Below, in pieces: positions 36,005 through 50,930 of a DNA stretch of 64,000 bases; position 1 is the first letter of the stretch; every line of letters starts with the position of its first letter. The stretch is from positions 216,010,001 through 216,074,000 of the forward strand of contig NC_058368.1 in NCBI RefSeq assembly GCF_018350175.1, written 5' to 3'. The position numbers were made by a program, and so were the translations under genes. The notes under the pieces are model-generated. The model was not told the DNA's origin. It did no database searches and saw only the letters and a list, made by a program, of their open reading frames with translations. The stretch comes from Felis catus. Its lineage: Eukaryota.

Positions 36005-39000
36005 CATTAGTTTGATTTTCCTGAGAAGCCGTCCTGAAAGAAAGACTTTGTTAGAGGTGGTTTGGGGGATGTAGGCGAGAGAGTAGTAAAATGTGACAGA
36101 GCAAAGAGAGAAATAGTTTATAAAGTATGGTTTTAAGAGTAGGTTATGAGATGGGCAATTGAAACTCAATCTTCTTGGAAGTACCGGAGAAGCACCTCTG
36201 AATTGCTCTAAAGGAAGAAGAGGAGATAAGGTTATTTAGCTTCTGGCTTCTGTTCCTCATGAATTGAGAGCTGGGTACAAATGCCTTAAATCTAATGCAT
36301 TCTACTGCTGTCCAAGTGGTGAACCTAGCTAACTTCCATGATGGTATAAGAAGCCCTTGATTGGGGAGGCAGGGAGACATGTGTGAAGGAAGAAAGATGT
36401 CAGTGTTGAAGGAAAATGTCTCCTGAAGCTTCAACAGGACTCAGAAGTGGCTGAAACAATGCAAAACAAGTGTATCTACATTGACTTTGATAATCCACCC
36501 ACTGCAGCCTTCAAATTTGCCCATGACCTACACTGAGTTCTCCCTATAATGGGGGTTTAAAGTGATGGCTAGCCATAGTGACACTTGAAGGCAAGTCCAA
36601 AGCCTAGAATCCCTGTGCAGCAACTACACCCAAGGTTTTCATTAATTTTATATCATTTCTCAATCAATTGTAGCCCTTGCCTTTGGCTAGCATTTCGGTG
36701 GGTTGGTTTTTTTTTACTAAATTTAGAAACACCCAGAAGTACTCCAAGGAATCCTTTGAGTTCCAGACTTACTCTTCCCTTCTCCCTAACATCCACAGAG
36801 TCTCAATAATCATGAAATTCACTTATCAATAGAGTAAATAGAGTAATGCCTTTCTTTAGCTTGCTGATATGCCAACATTTGGAGACCAAAATGACCTGGA
36901 AGCATCCATAAAATTTAGTCCACTGGAAGGTATTTTCTTCCTTTAGCCAATCTACCCATAAATGCTAGAATCACTAATCCCTCAGACTGGAAGGAATGGA
37001 AATCAACTTTTGTAATGAGTCGCTGAGAGTGATGGTAATAGGACTCAATGCAAGCATCACCTCCTGGTTATCGGATGTAAGTGTTCTAGCTACTGAGATC
37101 TCAGATAGATATAATGATAATTGGAACACAAATATAACATCACATCCTACCACAACACTTCATCTACACAGTGCGTCATTCCCATTCATGGATTTAGGTG
37201 AACTTTTAAAAGAATCTACCAATGCTTTATGGGCTTGCAGGTGTTACAGTTTTAAGTAGAATCAGAGGATACCATAGTCCAATTCAATTATTGTTACATC
37301 TCTGTCACTGTAGAATAGAACCTTTTTTCTACACTTGATCTTAGCCAAAAGGCCGAGAAGCGATAGAACCTTTTTTCTAAAGGGATGTTACATGAGATCT
37401 CATATTGTCATATCAGACACTTTGTCATCTCTGATAGCAATTTGGCAGAAGCACAGGGTGCAAGATTACCAAAAGCAGGAAAGACAATTCCATGTACAAA
37501 ATAAATGTCAATCTGAGTGACAAAAACTTGCTACCTCCTCTATGATGGAAAGTGCCGTGTCTGATATAACCAAATTGACAAGTGGTTGACTAGTCTCCTA
37601 AAAGAATCATATCGTAAATGCTCAGTGATGGCTTTTGAAGCTGATAGAAGCAAACATTTGGCAGCTTCCATCTGTAAGACAAGCCATAATAAGAAAGAAT
37701 CCATGTGGTTGTACCTGTCTAGTTTACATCCATGTTACCATGGCTATTCTATGCATGAGACTAGTTTTCAAACACTGCAGTGGGGTAAGTTAAAAAAAAA
37801 AAAGGTTTATATCCACCAGATGGGTCATGCCGTCTACCTGGGTTTTCGGTATCATCATTGCAGTGGATGCCATTATAATAAAGATATTCACACTTTGGAC
37901 CTACTCATATAGTTATTTGCATCTGCTTCTTCCCTTGGCTCATTGATTAGGTTATTCAGTTTTGTTCTTTTGAAGCCAGTGACCACCAATTACATTATTG
38001 ACCATGCCTGAGAATCTATGTAAACCTTGCAAAGTACTTCTAGTACACAAAGTTGACGACTAAGTGGACCGTTTATAGCACTGAGAATATTTCTCCTCAC
38101 TTTTTTTTTTTTTTTTTTTTAAATTTCAGAACCATCCCTAAATGGTACTTCTGGTTGACAGCAGTTCATGTTCAGCTATTAAGAACATATCAAGCCAACT
38201 AATTTGGAAACTGATTTTTTCTTCTTCATCGTACCTGGTTGGGCCAAATACTGAAATGTATCATTTCTGTTTTGTGAAGGATTCCTGACCGTCTTGTAAT
38301 ATGTCTTATAGATATTACAAGAGTCAACTCATGATGGGAATATCTGATTTTATAGTTACTTGGTGCTCCATAATCAGGGCCTCAGATTCAACAAGGTTCT
38401 AGAAACACACCAAGAGTTTATTTTCCGATACTGAGTAGTTCTCTTCTGCGGAAAGCATGGCTTTATTCTGGATTTATATGAGACTGCACCATGACTCACC
38501 TAAAAAGATATTGTCTCACAGATATCTTTATCTACCTTGGGTACCTATAGTATACTTGTGCTCGATAGGTCATGTGGCCTGAGTTAAATATCAACTTACA
38601 CTAGACCCTGGCTCTGCTAGAGAGACAGCTTTTATTCTAGGACCAATTTAAATACGGAAGGCCTCCAAGTGACTTGTTAAATTGTTTGGAACAATATTTC
38701 CAACTGTGATATATAATACTCCCCAAATTTGCAGGTGTCACCAATTCTGAGTCCTTTACTTAGAAGTAGATATACAAGATGGGATATTTTCAAGATACAC
38801 CTCGCCCTGGACCCCGGAAATCTTTACCAATGTAGCAGACCGCTGACACTGAATTTTCTCTCATTGTTTAGCATGTTTGTGTTTAAACATGCCACTTCCT
38901 GTTTTTCATGCCTGGTTAGCAAGACAGATTTCATAAAATGGACTTTTATGTTGTTTCACAGAATAACAAGGTGGTTGTGGTCCCTTCATATTATATATTG

Positions 39001-40717
39001 AGATGGAGATCATAGGAGATAACTTTAGCCTGAGCCAAGAAATCCCTTGTGAATGTGAACTTTTTGACTTTTCCGATGGGGATAGAAAAGAAGCAAGTTA
39101 GCAAATCATTGTCTGATTGCCAAATGCTAGAAGCTGTGTTAATCTGTTTATTTAAGATCCCATGTTTGAAAAAAAAAAAAACAGCTACAACTGGGGAGTA
39201 ATTAGACAAATTTACAATAGTCCATTGTCATTCAGCCTGATCCATGTAATGTTTTCAGGGGGCCTACTGGTGAACTGAATCTTAATTTCATGTAAACCAT
39301 CAGCCTTGTACCCTTTAAATATTTGAAAGTAGCAATAATTTTTGCTGTCTCCTCTAGTATATGGCTGAGTTGTGGTGATTTCAGGAACTTTCAATTAATT
39401 TTCTTAGCATAATGACACTTTCTCCACAGTTAGAGAAATAATGTGATAGTGCTATGATCTACTGCAAATTATGACTCAACTCAGAAGCCAATGAAATGAC
39501 TAGAATGAATCCATGAATCCATTGGACTCCTTGTGAGGTGACATAAGACAGGGTAATTTTTACTCAATTATTTATTAAGCCCCCACGATCAATAAAAATA
39601 TTAGCATTTTGAGTTCCTTTAATTCCGAGTCAGGTCAAAATTTATCTTCAATAAGTGTTGATAGATATGAGTATTTGTTTTCCAATTGTACAGTTGCTCT
39701 GATAAATATTCTTGGGTGTCTTTGGGGAAAAGAGACATGTACATGTGGTAGTGCCATTAGGTCTTTCCTAAAAGGAAACCGGTCTCCCTTTCAGTTGTTC
39801 TGCTCTGGGTCTGAAAATTCTAATTCTGGAAATAAGCCAAGGATCATAACTTTCAGTTAAATCAGCTGACATCTACTTCGTGCTTTCCAGGTCTTGCACA
39901 TTTTGGTTATGTGAAATAAGGAAAACCCATGTTGCCAACTCGTTAATATTGACTAAAAAATGCTGTGCTATATTTTCCTGTACCATACGTTTTTATGTAT
40001 CAAAGCTCCCATGTATTCCAAGTGCTGGAAATGGTGAATAAGCCAATTAATTCTATTTTTCATCTTCTTTATTCTAATCGATCACAGATGGGAGACTCAG
40101 TAATCGTTATTCCACAGAACGTCACTTAACACCAATAGTGGGGTTCATGTTGTTATTTGTATGTTGGGGGAGGCCATTTCTGAATGTCACTTGGAACATC
40201 TAAAATCTAAAGCTATTTCTGGCACCCACTCCCTTGGTTTTGGTTCCTTCAAGGGCAGAACCTGAGACAAGGAATTCAGTGTAGGTAGTATATTTGAGAG
40301 GTAACCTTAAAAAGCTCGTGTGAGAGAGAGGAAGAAGTTTGACAAGCAAGCAAGAATTTCATGTATTTATACCTTAATAAAAAGATTGCTGACATTGACA
40401 ACCATGGCTAACTCCATTGGGAGCCCTACAAGGAGCCATGAAGAATGAACTTCAAGACTGTTTCAATAACAAGTTCATAGGGATTTTTATTTATTACTTT
40501 CCATCCCCTAGTGTTTGATGGCTGTCCAGGTATTAAATCTCTGACATTTCTGGAATATCCTGCACAAGGGATGAGAAAACTCAGAGAGATGCAGAAACTA
40601 GAGGTGGTAAACTGTCAGCTTCAATAGAAACTCTCCATCACAGATGAGTTAGGAGGAAAATATATGTCTAAACAGCACCTGCAGTGAGGGATTCAGGAAA
40701 AACTAGTGTTGTCTACA
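36005..40717 (-). mobile_element. Decayed ERVL provirus (ERV3-16A3/LTR33-like) retaining both LTRs
   Basis: LTR33-like LTRs at about 36005-36480 and 40232-40717, both ending ctaca; Leu-like PBS at about 40212-40228; RT remnant KQINTASSIW..DLLTCFFSIPI in ORF 38991-39209; protease region near 39620-39830. Confidence 0.78.
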
Positions 40718-41154
40718 GTGATTACAATTAAATACACATACCATACTCCTGAGTCTTTGTTGCCGAAGTAGGAGATGACTTTAGCTAATTTCCACTAAGA
40801 TAGGAATTTGACTGTAGAAAGTAACTCAAATCACTAAAGTGGAGAAACAAACAGGTTTAGTCATTGGGATGGATCGCCTCCAGAACCTCTTCCATTCTTC
40901 TCTCTCTCCTTCACTCTATAACATAACAGAACAAATTCTGCTGACTGCAATATCCAGCACTCCTTCCACTCTGGCTTCTGGTTTAGTTAGATGGTACAGA
41001 GAGGAAAGAGAAGTAAGGTTTATTTGCCTTTTTATCTCACAGCTCTCCCAAGGCTTGATTTTGCCTGTGTTCCTCTTCCTGAGGTCACAGCGTAGGTTGG
41101 ATAGCATCTCACACCCCCAATCTGTAGCTCTTGTAATATGCACAAAAGAGCTTT

Positions 41155-41230
41155 CTCCGTCTATTCATCAGGGTTCTCCAGGGAAACACAACCAATAGTT
41201 CAGATATATACACGATACAAGATAGATAGC
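41155..41230 (-). mobile_element. MLT2 LTR end fragment
   Basis: tcagggttctccagggaaacacaaccaatag. Confidence 0.65.
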
Positions 41231-41766
41231 AGGATAGAAAGATAGATAGATGTATCTACATATATGCATGTATTTCTCTCTATATCCCCATCTGTACATT
41301 TAAAAATGGGAAAAATGGACAAGTAGAATAAAAGTTTATACCAGTAAAAATGAAAACAACTCAAATGTCTATCAAACTAGAATGGATAGATAGATTTCAT
41401 GCCAATTAGTATTTGTTATGTTCCAAAGTCCAATTTGCCAAATGTTTTCTCAGCAACTGACTACTACTCCTGTTTCATTTGGGCGAAGGCAAAGTTTCTT
41501 GAAACTCATAGGTAACAGGAGAGGTTAGTGAACATGTTTGCACATACCCTGATGGATAGATCCTGGCTATTGACTGAGTTATATTTCACCAGTTGCTCCC
41601 ATTTGAATCTGTGAATTTTAACATAGTGATGAAAAGCCTTGCCATTTAGAATTCATTCCAAGCACTGATTGGAAATTCGTTCCAAAGTCTTTTCATGCAA
41701 ATACACACTCAGGTAAGTGTAGGAAAGAGTGACCAATCAATGAATGTTGATGCAAAATTACTTATT

Positions 41767-42608
41767 CTGTCAATCTGGGCCCAATCAAGAGACAGAAACA
41801 ACACGGTAATTTGAAGAGAAAAAATTTAATATAAATAACTATAATGAAACAAGATACTAAGTTAATGAGGGAATTGGCCACTAAGAATTAAAGAGAACTC
41901 TAAAGAATATAGGAACAACAGATATAAAGAGCAGCTATTACACAGAAGAAAAGCCTCGTTTCTAGGGATGAGATTCAGGTTCTTTTGGAAAGGAACACTT
42001 CTCTGGCTCTGGGAGGACAAAGAATCTCCTCTGGTGCCGTGCCAATGGAACTTGCTGGAAGTTTTTCCTCCCAAACTTGTCAGAAATCTGCTCTCAAGTG
42101 TTCAAGAAACACTGTTCATTGGAGGTTTCCCCAGTGGCACTCTGCCGTAATATCACCCAAACTGGGGTGCAGGGGAATCTGCCGGCTCCTGGGTTTTGTT
42201 GGCTGTCGTGCAAGGCAGGAGCCGAGCACTGGAGAAGCTGCTGTTACTGCAGGGGCTGGCTGGAAGCATCCACCACCAAACTACCCGAATCAGGCTGCTG
42301 GCATTGACTGCTGCCCACTGGGACTGTGGGGTGCAAAGCACTGCGGGACTCATGCCCTGTTGGACCTGTAGGCTTTGACGAAGCAGGTTGAAAAGGAGCC
42401 ACGCGTGCTGTTCCCAAGTGAGTCCACCAGAGACAGGAAGCGAAAAATCTTTTCTGCTAGGCGTCATAGCTCACGAGTGCTCTCCACTGACACAAAATCA
42501 TTGTTGGCTGGTAAAGAAAAAAATATTTAAAGGGTCAAATTCACTTTAACAGAGCAGGCAAAAAGAGTAAATTTGGAGCAAAGATGCAACAAATTGATAA
42601 CCAACACA
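41767..42608. mobile_element. LTR78-like old LTR
   Basis: ccaatcaagagacagaaacaacacggtaatttgaa and aaagagaactctaaagaatataggaa match recalled LTR78 consensus. Confidence 0.72.
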
Positions 42609-44029
42609 CATCCATGTAAAAAATGAAATTAGATACGTTTAGCTCTTTTTGAAATATTTTATATCAGCACAGATCATCCATATGGTCCTTCCCCAAAACT
42701 AAAACTTTTCAATGCATTATAAAAATCATGGTTAATTTTATGCACCTAAATGAGACAGGAAAAAAAAAAACTACCAGAAATTAAATGGAATACCTTTTCA
42801 AATAGGACAATGGTAGTATTTAATTTTAAGAGGTATTAATGAATTCCACCTAAAGAGATACTCCTACTGATCTTAAAATTAAACAAGTGAAGACAATTTG
42901 TTATATAACTTCAAGAACTGCAACTCCTTAACCAGTACCTTCTTAGTCCTTGACAGAAGTTTTATATTTGAAGAGATTGATGTATTTTGACACCTTTCAA
43001 ATATTTGAAGGCATTTACTAAATATAATGTGGCAAAGGGTACTTGTCACAATTATTTCTGAGTTAAATCAGGAACACTGACTCTCCTCCAATCAAATTAG
43101 ATTAACAGAGGCTACTAAGTCCAATAGGTAGTAAATCCGATAGTCAGGCATGATCACTAACAAATAACGTCCATACGGGCAGAAAATACTGACAAACATC
43201 TCTGTAGGAGGGATGCCAGCTTTTTTGGTTTTGTATTTACTTGTTTTTTGGTATGTATAAAAGATAAGTTTGGTCTTTTATATACATGTAGTAGTGTTGA
43301 AGTACATGATCATTTTATAAATGGTATAAGCTTTTAAATCCGTGCGTGTTTTAATAGGAGACACATAGCGAATGCAATTTTATTTTATATTTGCCAAAGA
43401 AACATGCCAGTTCTACTGTAGCCTCAGATATTTTACTGCAGACATTTACATTTTCCATGAAAATTTACCTTCTTATGAAAGGAACAGTCAGTGGCTTCCA
43501 AACTTTGGCATTCATCACAATTTATTGCATGCCTCGGAAGGCCATAGAATTATGTTACAAGAAATAGATATTAACAGAATAAAGATATTAACATATATCT
43601 TTGTAGATGTTTTGCCCTGAGTTATAGACTGATACATGGTGAAAGTGAATTTATATGTAATCTAAAACAACTTTCCTGGCAGCTTCCTTAGTTGAACAAA
43701 TCCAACTTTTGACTTCAACAACTACCTTAGCCTGAAAATGCTCTAAATATTATTCATATTACCTAACAATTAAAATAATATTGTGATATAACTAGAGTGG
43801 CCATATATCAGATTGTCCAAATGAGGTTTTGTTGTTGTTGTTCTATGTGTGGTTGTGCGTATGTGTATGTATGGAGACACTATAATTTAATCTTGACAGT
43901 ATAAATTAGGACTTCCTTACATATACACTCATTCTGGTTCTTTATTCTATTGATAGGAACCCTCTATTTTTGTTTTTGTTTGGCTATTTTTGTTTTTTAT
44001 TGTTTCTAAGATTAGGTATGTTTTATTTT

Positions 44030-44246
44030 ATTTATTTAATTATTATTATTATATTTTTTGAGAGAGAGAGATTTAGAGAGTGTGCACGAGCTGGAGGGGG
44101 GCAGAGGGAGAGGGAGAAAAGAATCTTAAGCAGGCTTCACACCCAGCATGGAGCCCAAAGCTGGCTTTGATCTCACGACTGTGCGATCATGACCTGAGCC
44201 AAAATCAAGAGTTGGTCGCTTAACGAGCTGAGCCACGCAGGCACCC
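44030..44246 (-). mobile_element. Felid Can-SINE
   Basis: TSD tagStatgtttYatttt. Confidence 0.94.
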
Positions 44247-44399
44247 TAGCTATGTTTCATTTTCGATTCAAGGCAATGTAAAAGTTATAAAGTCTAGAAT
44301 TGTTTATCATGGTGGATTATAGAAAATAAGTCTTTATTAAAAATTTTAAAATTTTCTGCTCTGCTACTTTAAAAAAAGTAAAACAATTATAGGATGAAG

Positions 44400-44446
<47 letters not shown>

Positions 44447-44453
44447 CATATAT
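44400..44453. repeat. Compound (CA)n(TA)n microsatellite
   Basis: Directly visible. Confidence 0.92.
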
Positions 44454-44474
44454 AATTTGTAACTGAATCTTATG

Positions 44475-44890
44475 CTGAATCAGTCAAAAACCTGGCAGGA
44501 ACAAGATGGAGCACACAAATTTGTAATTGAATAGTGTTTGTTGAAGACATGGTTATAAGGTGTAGGTAGAGATAAGGGAACCATGAGAGACTGTGAAGCT
44601 GCCAGCACCTATTGATATTGGGGAACTGTTAGCATCTTTAGGACTGAGGGGCAATAAGAAAGAAGCAATAAGAATATATACCCTGAGAGATCTTTCTCAT
44701 TCCTTCTCATCTCTTGTTGTTGCCCTTTGTTAAGCGTTATCAGCTAGAAGCGACAGGGCAAGGGAGCCCAAATGGGACATTACGATGATATCAGTGATGA
44801 CATCGGCTACTCAGGGTACACAGAAAGATTTAAAAAAAAAAAAAGATGGAGGTTATATTTGGAGGACATAACAGGAAATATTCAAACAAG
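44475..44890 (-). mobile_element. LTR40/41-like ERVL LTR
   Basis: ggcaggaacaagatgg...gaagcgacagggcaagggagccc. Confidence 0.6.
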
Positions 44891-45199
44891 TCTGCTTGTA
44901 CCCCCAAAACAAACCAAAACCTTGGATCTAATTGTGCTGATTCAGATTTACAAGCTGTAATAATCCTTTAAACTAAAATATTAAGATGGAATGCATATTT
45001 TCCAGTGTTTTGGGGTTGGCATGTAAAATTAACTACTGTGGATATATGCTTAACTAATTTCACTTAATTTCACAATCCATCACATGTTTCTTGAGTTGTC
45101 GCAACAGTAAGGCTTCATTGGAAAAAGACTGCCCATGAAACAGGAGAATTGATGAAAGTCAAAAATAAATGAACTTCAGTACTTCCAAAGTTGTAGATA

Positions 45200-45570
45200 A
45201 AGAAAGGGAAAACTAACAAAGGATATCAAAGTATCTAGTCTTGGCAACAACAGGAGCAGAGAGAAATTAAGGGAGTCGTCACATAACCCGGAAAGGCTTG
45301 CTGGATGGGAAGGGCCATCTGACAAGAGATGCCACCTCCAGTAGAGGGACATAGAAACCCGTGGTGACAGGTGGAGAAAAGTCTTGACTGATGACTCCCT
45401 TGGCTTTACTCTAATTTTGTGATCTACTGGTTCTTCCAATTGTCTGAATCTAATAAGACTCAGAACAGGAAGCTCAGTGATACCTTGCATTAAGGTCAGT
45501 GGCCCAGGTCACTGGAAAGATGAAATGCAAAGAAGAGATCAGGAAGGACAAGCAGAAAATATCCAGCAGT
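45200..45570 (-). mobile_element. Second LTR40/41-like fragment
   Basis: Similar terminal motif gaaaatatccagca. Confidence 0.5.
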
Positions 45571-46661
45571 CAGGATGATATGTATTATAATTCTTAACTT
45601 CTATTTCAGAATTCCTATTATAAAAGGATATTGTAATTTGGTAATTTTCTTTAAAAATGTTATAATTTTCCAGGAAAAGAAATCTGCTGGGGAGACTAAT
45701 AATACTCTCACATTAGACCATGACAAAACCACGTGCTCTCAAAAATAGAAGGGAGAGAAACCCGATAAGTAGGGATGTGGAAACATTGGAAGTTGGAGAC
45801 AAAGAATAAATCTAAAATTAAAGAAGCTATCCAAATTCATTTTAATAAATACCCATTATTATGACAGGTAATTTCAAGTCATGTCTCTGGTAAAAATTTG
45901 ATGGACACTCAAAGCTATCAGAGTTAGTTTCAACGATGTTCACGAATGAAATTCTAGACCTTGACAAAGTTAAATGACCTCTAACTTCTGGCCTAAGATT
46001 TCTTTTTAAAGCACTGTGAAAATCTTGTGCCGTTTTTTTTACTGTAAAATTGGGACTCTTCTTTATTTTTTAAATGTGTCTTAAAAATTAAACTAATTTA
46101 ATGAATACTTTATTTTGAAGCATAGTTTCTTTATCAATGAGGAACTTAATACCCATCTTATTTTAGAACCAATGTGACTATACACTTATAAATTAGTATT
46201 AAAATGTAAAAATTGCAAAGCTGAAACCCATGTAATGTTTAATATGAAGTGAAGATGAATATCAGGAAAATAAAACTTTTATTACACTGGGTTTTGTCAA
46301 GGCACTAGTCTCAAAAATATTATCAGTACTTGCAAACTATAGTTAAAAGTCAGAAATTAAAACGACACTAGGGATAGTTTAATTCATTACATTAGATTCT
46401 CTTTACTCTGCGGTTGACTTAACCCCTGGATTTATATATTTATTATATATTTTATGCAGAATCTCATGACTGATATATATAATGCACAATAGATTATTTG
46501 CATACACAACAATGAAGGTCCGGACACAAGAAGAAAAAGAAAGCAGTCTGATGTAAAACGAAGATCAAGATTTTGAAGTAACTGACACTACAATGGGAAG
46601 ATTTGCTGTATTGACTTCAAATTTAAGTCTCTTTACCTGATGATTCAGCAGGATTTTCAAA

Positions 46662-46830
46662 CATATATATGTACATACCATATATAATATATATCGCCCA
46701 TATATATATACCCAATATATATATTTATCCTATATATATATATCCCATATACGTATCCAATATATATATACACATATCCCATATAATATCCCATATATGT
46801 GTATATATTCTATATATATATGCATATATC
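46662..46830. repeat. (TA)-rich low-complexity repeat with CCC interruptions
   Basis: atatatatcccatat-type units. Confidence 0.85.
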
Positions 46831-47040
46831 TCATTAACAACCCACTTGATATGATAGCCCCAGAAGTAGTTGTTTAGTTCATTAGCACATTCTGAAATTC
46901 AAAATTATTTTGCACTCTATGAAAAAATAAAATCAACAAGTAAAATGCTAAGAGGATATTATTTTAGTTTTTAAATTATTTCAAGACTGTACATATTTAT
47001 TTTAACTATGTTTGCATAAGTAGATAATAGTGTAAAAATA

Positions 47041-47106
47041 GTCTTAAATATATTTTAAATATATTTTCTTAAATATATTTCAAATATATTTTCTTAAATA
47101 TATTTC
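47041..47106. repeat. AT-rich tandem repeat (aaatatattt units)
   Basis: Five aaatatattt copies. Confidence 0.8.
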
Positions 47107-47907
47107 TCCAGATATCTATATTAACCTAAAACACAATAATCACAATTAATCTGGAGAATTTTCTGTGATTGAGGCATTCTTATATGACATTTCAATATCT
47201 CACTAATATCATAATTAATATTTCTATTTATAACTGCCATAAATTTTATATTAAAATATTTCATATTTTATATTCATATTTCATTTTAAAGAAAACACTT
47301 ATCTGGCCTTGGTTTGATTGCTCTGATCTGCAAAGAAAAGAATGTCTAGTAATGAGACAGAGTGGAAATATAATTAAAATACAAAGAAAATAATGTAATA
47401 ACTTTTTTTCAAAATGGCAAAACATACAGATTAGTACCTCTTTTTAAAACGCTTTAATTTGGTTTATAATACTCCATTAGATACATATATAAATACATAT
47501 TTAATATTCTATTAAATAATAATATTTCATCTAGTGAGTTTATTTTAGGAAAAATAAAACCTTTTGTGAAAACATTTTAAATAAAAAATTGTTAAAAACT
47601 TAACTAAGGAAAACTTTTATAAAAAACACGACATAGGAGAAAATAATACACAATTAGATATAATGTTCAAAAGTATGTAAATTGAAATTTTGTGTCTTTG
47701 AATACATGTCACATCAAAAGTCTTAATCAGCACCTCCTTGACACATCCTCTCAGATTTAGTTGCTTAAAGGGAATTTACTGCCTTCTCATACATAAAAAT
47801 GACTACACACACGTGCACATGCAAGAATATTCACATTAAAATATATATGATGTATATAATAAGTCCATGATTACTTATTATTTAATTACAAATAAATACA
47901 CGAGTAG

Positions 47908-48120
47908 TGCGCCTGTGTGGCTCAGTTAAACGTCCAACTTCAGCTCAGGTCAGGAACTCACAGTTTGTGAGTCTGAGCCCCACGTTGGGCTCTGTGCTGA
48001 CAGCTCGGAGCCTGAAGCCTACTTCAGATTCTGTGCCTCCCTCTCTCTGCCCCTCCCTTGCTCATGCTCTGTCTCTCTCTATCTCACAAATAAATAAACG
48101 TTAAGAAAATTAAAGAAAAT
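47908..48120 (+). mobile_element. Felid Can-SINE
   Basis: Head, CT run and tail; TSD tacaYgagta. Confidence 0.94.
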
Positions 48121-48649
48121 AATTAGTACATGAGTAAAGAAGAACAACTAAGCAAATAAAATTGGGGAACATTTAGACTTTTCATCTTAATATCCTGCTT
48201 TCTCAACCAAACATAAAGTGCCAAGTCTAGCAAATTAACATAGGTGGCTCAGTTCGTTTCTGTATTTGTTGCAGCCTAGAGACAGTATGACTCAGGAGAA
48301 CGTGACATTTGGACAGACAGACCTCTTGTGCATGGCGCACTGACAAACGTGAGGTAGGAAGTTATTACGCTCTGAATCCCGGCGTTCCTGCCCCTACAAT
48401 TGGAACAAATCCTCACAATCATACCCACATCTCTGCAGTGAAACGTGAATTTTCACACCAGGTGACATAAATTAAGATTCAAAACAGGCTCTGGTTAATT
48501 TGGGTGAGGTCTTGGCCCCAAATTTCAGTTCAAGTTGGGTCCCTTTCGGCTGTCAGATGAGTTGTGCAAAGGATTTTGGTTTGCAGGGTTGTTTGGGTTT
48601 TGGAATAGCAGAGGAAGAATAATGGCTTTGAATCACTGTCTTCACTAGA

Positions 48650-48780
48650 TCGGGGAGGAAACAACTGCAGAGGGTTAACTAAATGGCTCCACGTAACACA
48701 CCAAAATAGTGAAGTCAGGAATAAAACGAGATGGCACTTTTAAAGGCCAAGCTCTTAATCACTTTGCTGTGCTGCCATCC
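48650..48780 (-). mobile_element. MIR fragment
   Basis: gaggaaac...agagggttaact...gctcttaatcact. Confidence 0.6.
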
Positions 48781-49065
48781 CATGATAACTGTGAGGATGA
48801 AGGGAAACGATCCATTTAAATTTCTAACAGTTACTGCTACGTGGTAAAGCCCAGGATAGATGTACCTTCCTCTCTCCTTCGCAGCTCTTTCCTCTTCCCT
48901 CACAGCTGCTCAAACCACCATGTGTATTCATTGAATATCATTCTCCAGGAACATGATCTGTATCTACATTTTGTTGTGGCCACGGTTAAACATTTCTGCA
49001 GTGTGATTCTGCAGATCACAATAAAAGCGATTTCTGTGACTTTGAACTCACCAAGTGCCACTTAT

Positions 49066-49299
49066 TTTTAAAAAATATGTATTCACTTGAGAGAGAGGGA
49101 GAGAGAGAGAGACCCACGTGAGCGTGCAAGCAGGGGGGACGGGCAGAGAGCAAGGAAGAGCGTGAATCCCAAGCAGGCTCTGTGCTGTCATTGCAGAACC
49201 CAACGCAGGGCTCAATCCCACGAATCAAATTGTGAGATCACATCCTGACCCCAAATCAAGAGTAGGATGCTTAACGGATTTGAGCCACCCAGATGTCCC
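49066..49299 (-). mobile_element. Felid Can-SINE
   Basis: TSD aagt..cacttatt. Confidence 0.93.
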
Positions 49300-50229
49300 A
49301 AGTTTCACTTATTGACACTTATCATCTGACCACTGCTCTAATATTCCATCAGCTTGTGACTGTAAATGAAATCAATATTTCCATTTAGAATAAGAAGACA
49401 AGAAAATAAACTGAGTGAAAAATTATGGTGCTCTGGATAAGGAGGGAAAAAATAGAAAACAGGATTCTCCATTGGTGAACAAAGTCCACATTTAATGAAT
49501 ATCAATGTAGGTCTTCTCTAGTATGTTGATTAAAATCTCTAAAAATCTTAGAGAATTGAGATACATGTGAATATTTTGATTACATCAAATACTCATTGCA
49601 GTTCTAAAACAGCTATAACCAAGACCAGAGTTTAGAAAACTTAAATGGGTAAAATCATGCATAGTTTATCTAAAACCTATTAAATTTGGGTTTCTTTTTG
49701 TTTCCAGTTATGTCTTTTAAAATTTAATCACAAATAGGTGCACAGATTTGGCTCACAATAAAACTTTTGATGCTTGAAAAAACCAATGTTCTGTAGACCG
49801 TGCCTTTCATTGATTTGAATTTTCTTAATATGTTATTTCAACAGTAAACTATAAAAATTGTTTAATCAAAAAGTAACTGATTCCTGTTTTTCAAGTGTGT
49901 AACATTTATTTTTTTAGGCAGAGACTTATATGCTAGAGATCCTTAATAAGCTACACTATTTCCCCAATTCTAGATTATACATAGTATAAAAATCATGATC
50001 AATTATATCAGTATTAGAGCATCATATAATCAGTACTTGATGTCAGCTAGATACTTTTTGTACATTGTAAGTGCAATTCTAAACCATTTAAGATGTTAAG
50101 AGTCAGTAGAAAAATATTTATCTGAAAATGAGATATCAAGAAAAATTTAATAATGACAAATGATAGTTAAGAAAGGTGTAATACAGGGAACATTGATTTA
50201 GACATGATTTTTCATTCAAGCTGGACTCA

Positions 50230-50500
50230 AAAGGCACACCCTGTGTGAATCCACTTCCTTGACATTCTTGAAAAAGAAATCTGTGGCTTCCAAAGACTTA
50301 TCAATCATTGCCAATAGTTACATGTGGGGAAAAGTTTGACTACAAAGAAGCAAGAGGAAGTTTTGGAGAACTATTCTGGATCTTGATTGTGGTAGTAGTA
50401 ATAAGACTATATGTATGCATTTGTCAAAATTCACAGGACTATACACTGAAAAGAGGGAATTTTATTGCATGCAAATTAAACTTCAATTTAAAAGTTAAAA
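50230..50500 (+). mobile_element. Old L1M 3'UTR fragment
   Basis: tcttgattgtggtagt...tttgtcaaaattcacaggactatacactgaaaagagggaattttattg. Confidence 0.7.
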
Positions 50501-50930
50501 AAAATCCAAAATACTTAGAAAAGTACATTTCATCTATTTCCAATTTTAAGTGTACTTAAAAATGATCACTTTCAACATTTAAAAATAAAATGTAAAACAT
50601 AGTTAAAATTCAAAGGAATAGTGTATTGATCCTCCAGCCCCAATCCTGAGTGTGAGAGAACTACATTTTAGTTATCTATCTATTTTTAAGCTATTTTAAA
50701 TAAATTATAGATGTATACATGACTCCTAAGCTGTCCCCTATAACTGCATACACATTGGATATTCCCCTACATAAGTGCAAAAAACATTACCACTTCTAAC
50801 ATCATTAAACATACGTATTACATTTAATTTTCTCTAATTTAAAAAAATATATTTTACTGTGAAAATATCAGTACTCTACCAATCCTCATACATGGCATTC
50901 TGTAATTATGTTATGGTATTTCCTTTTATT

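Noticed and set aside
41862..42467. Cluster of overlapping ORFs
   Set aside because: Inside an old LTR with raised GC; no protein motif.
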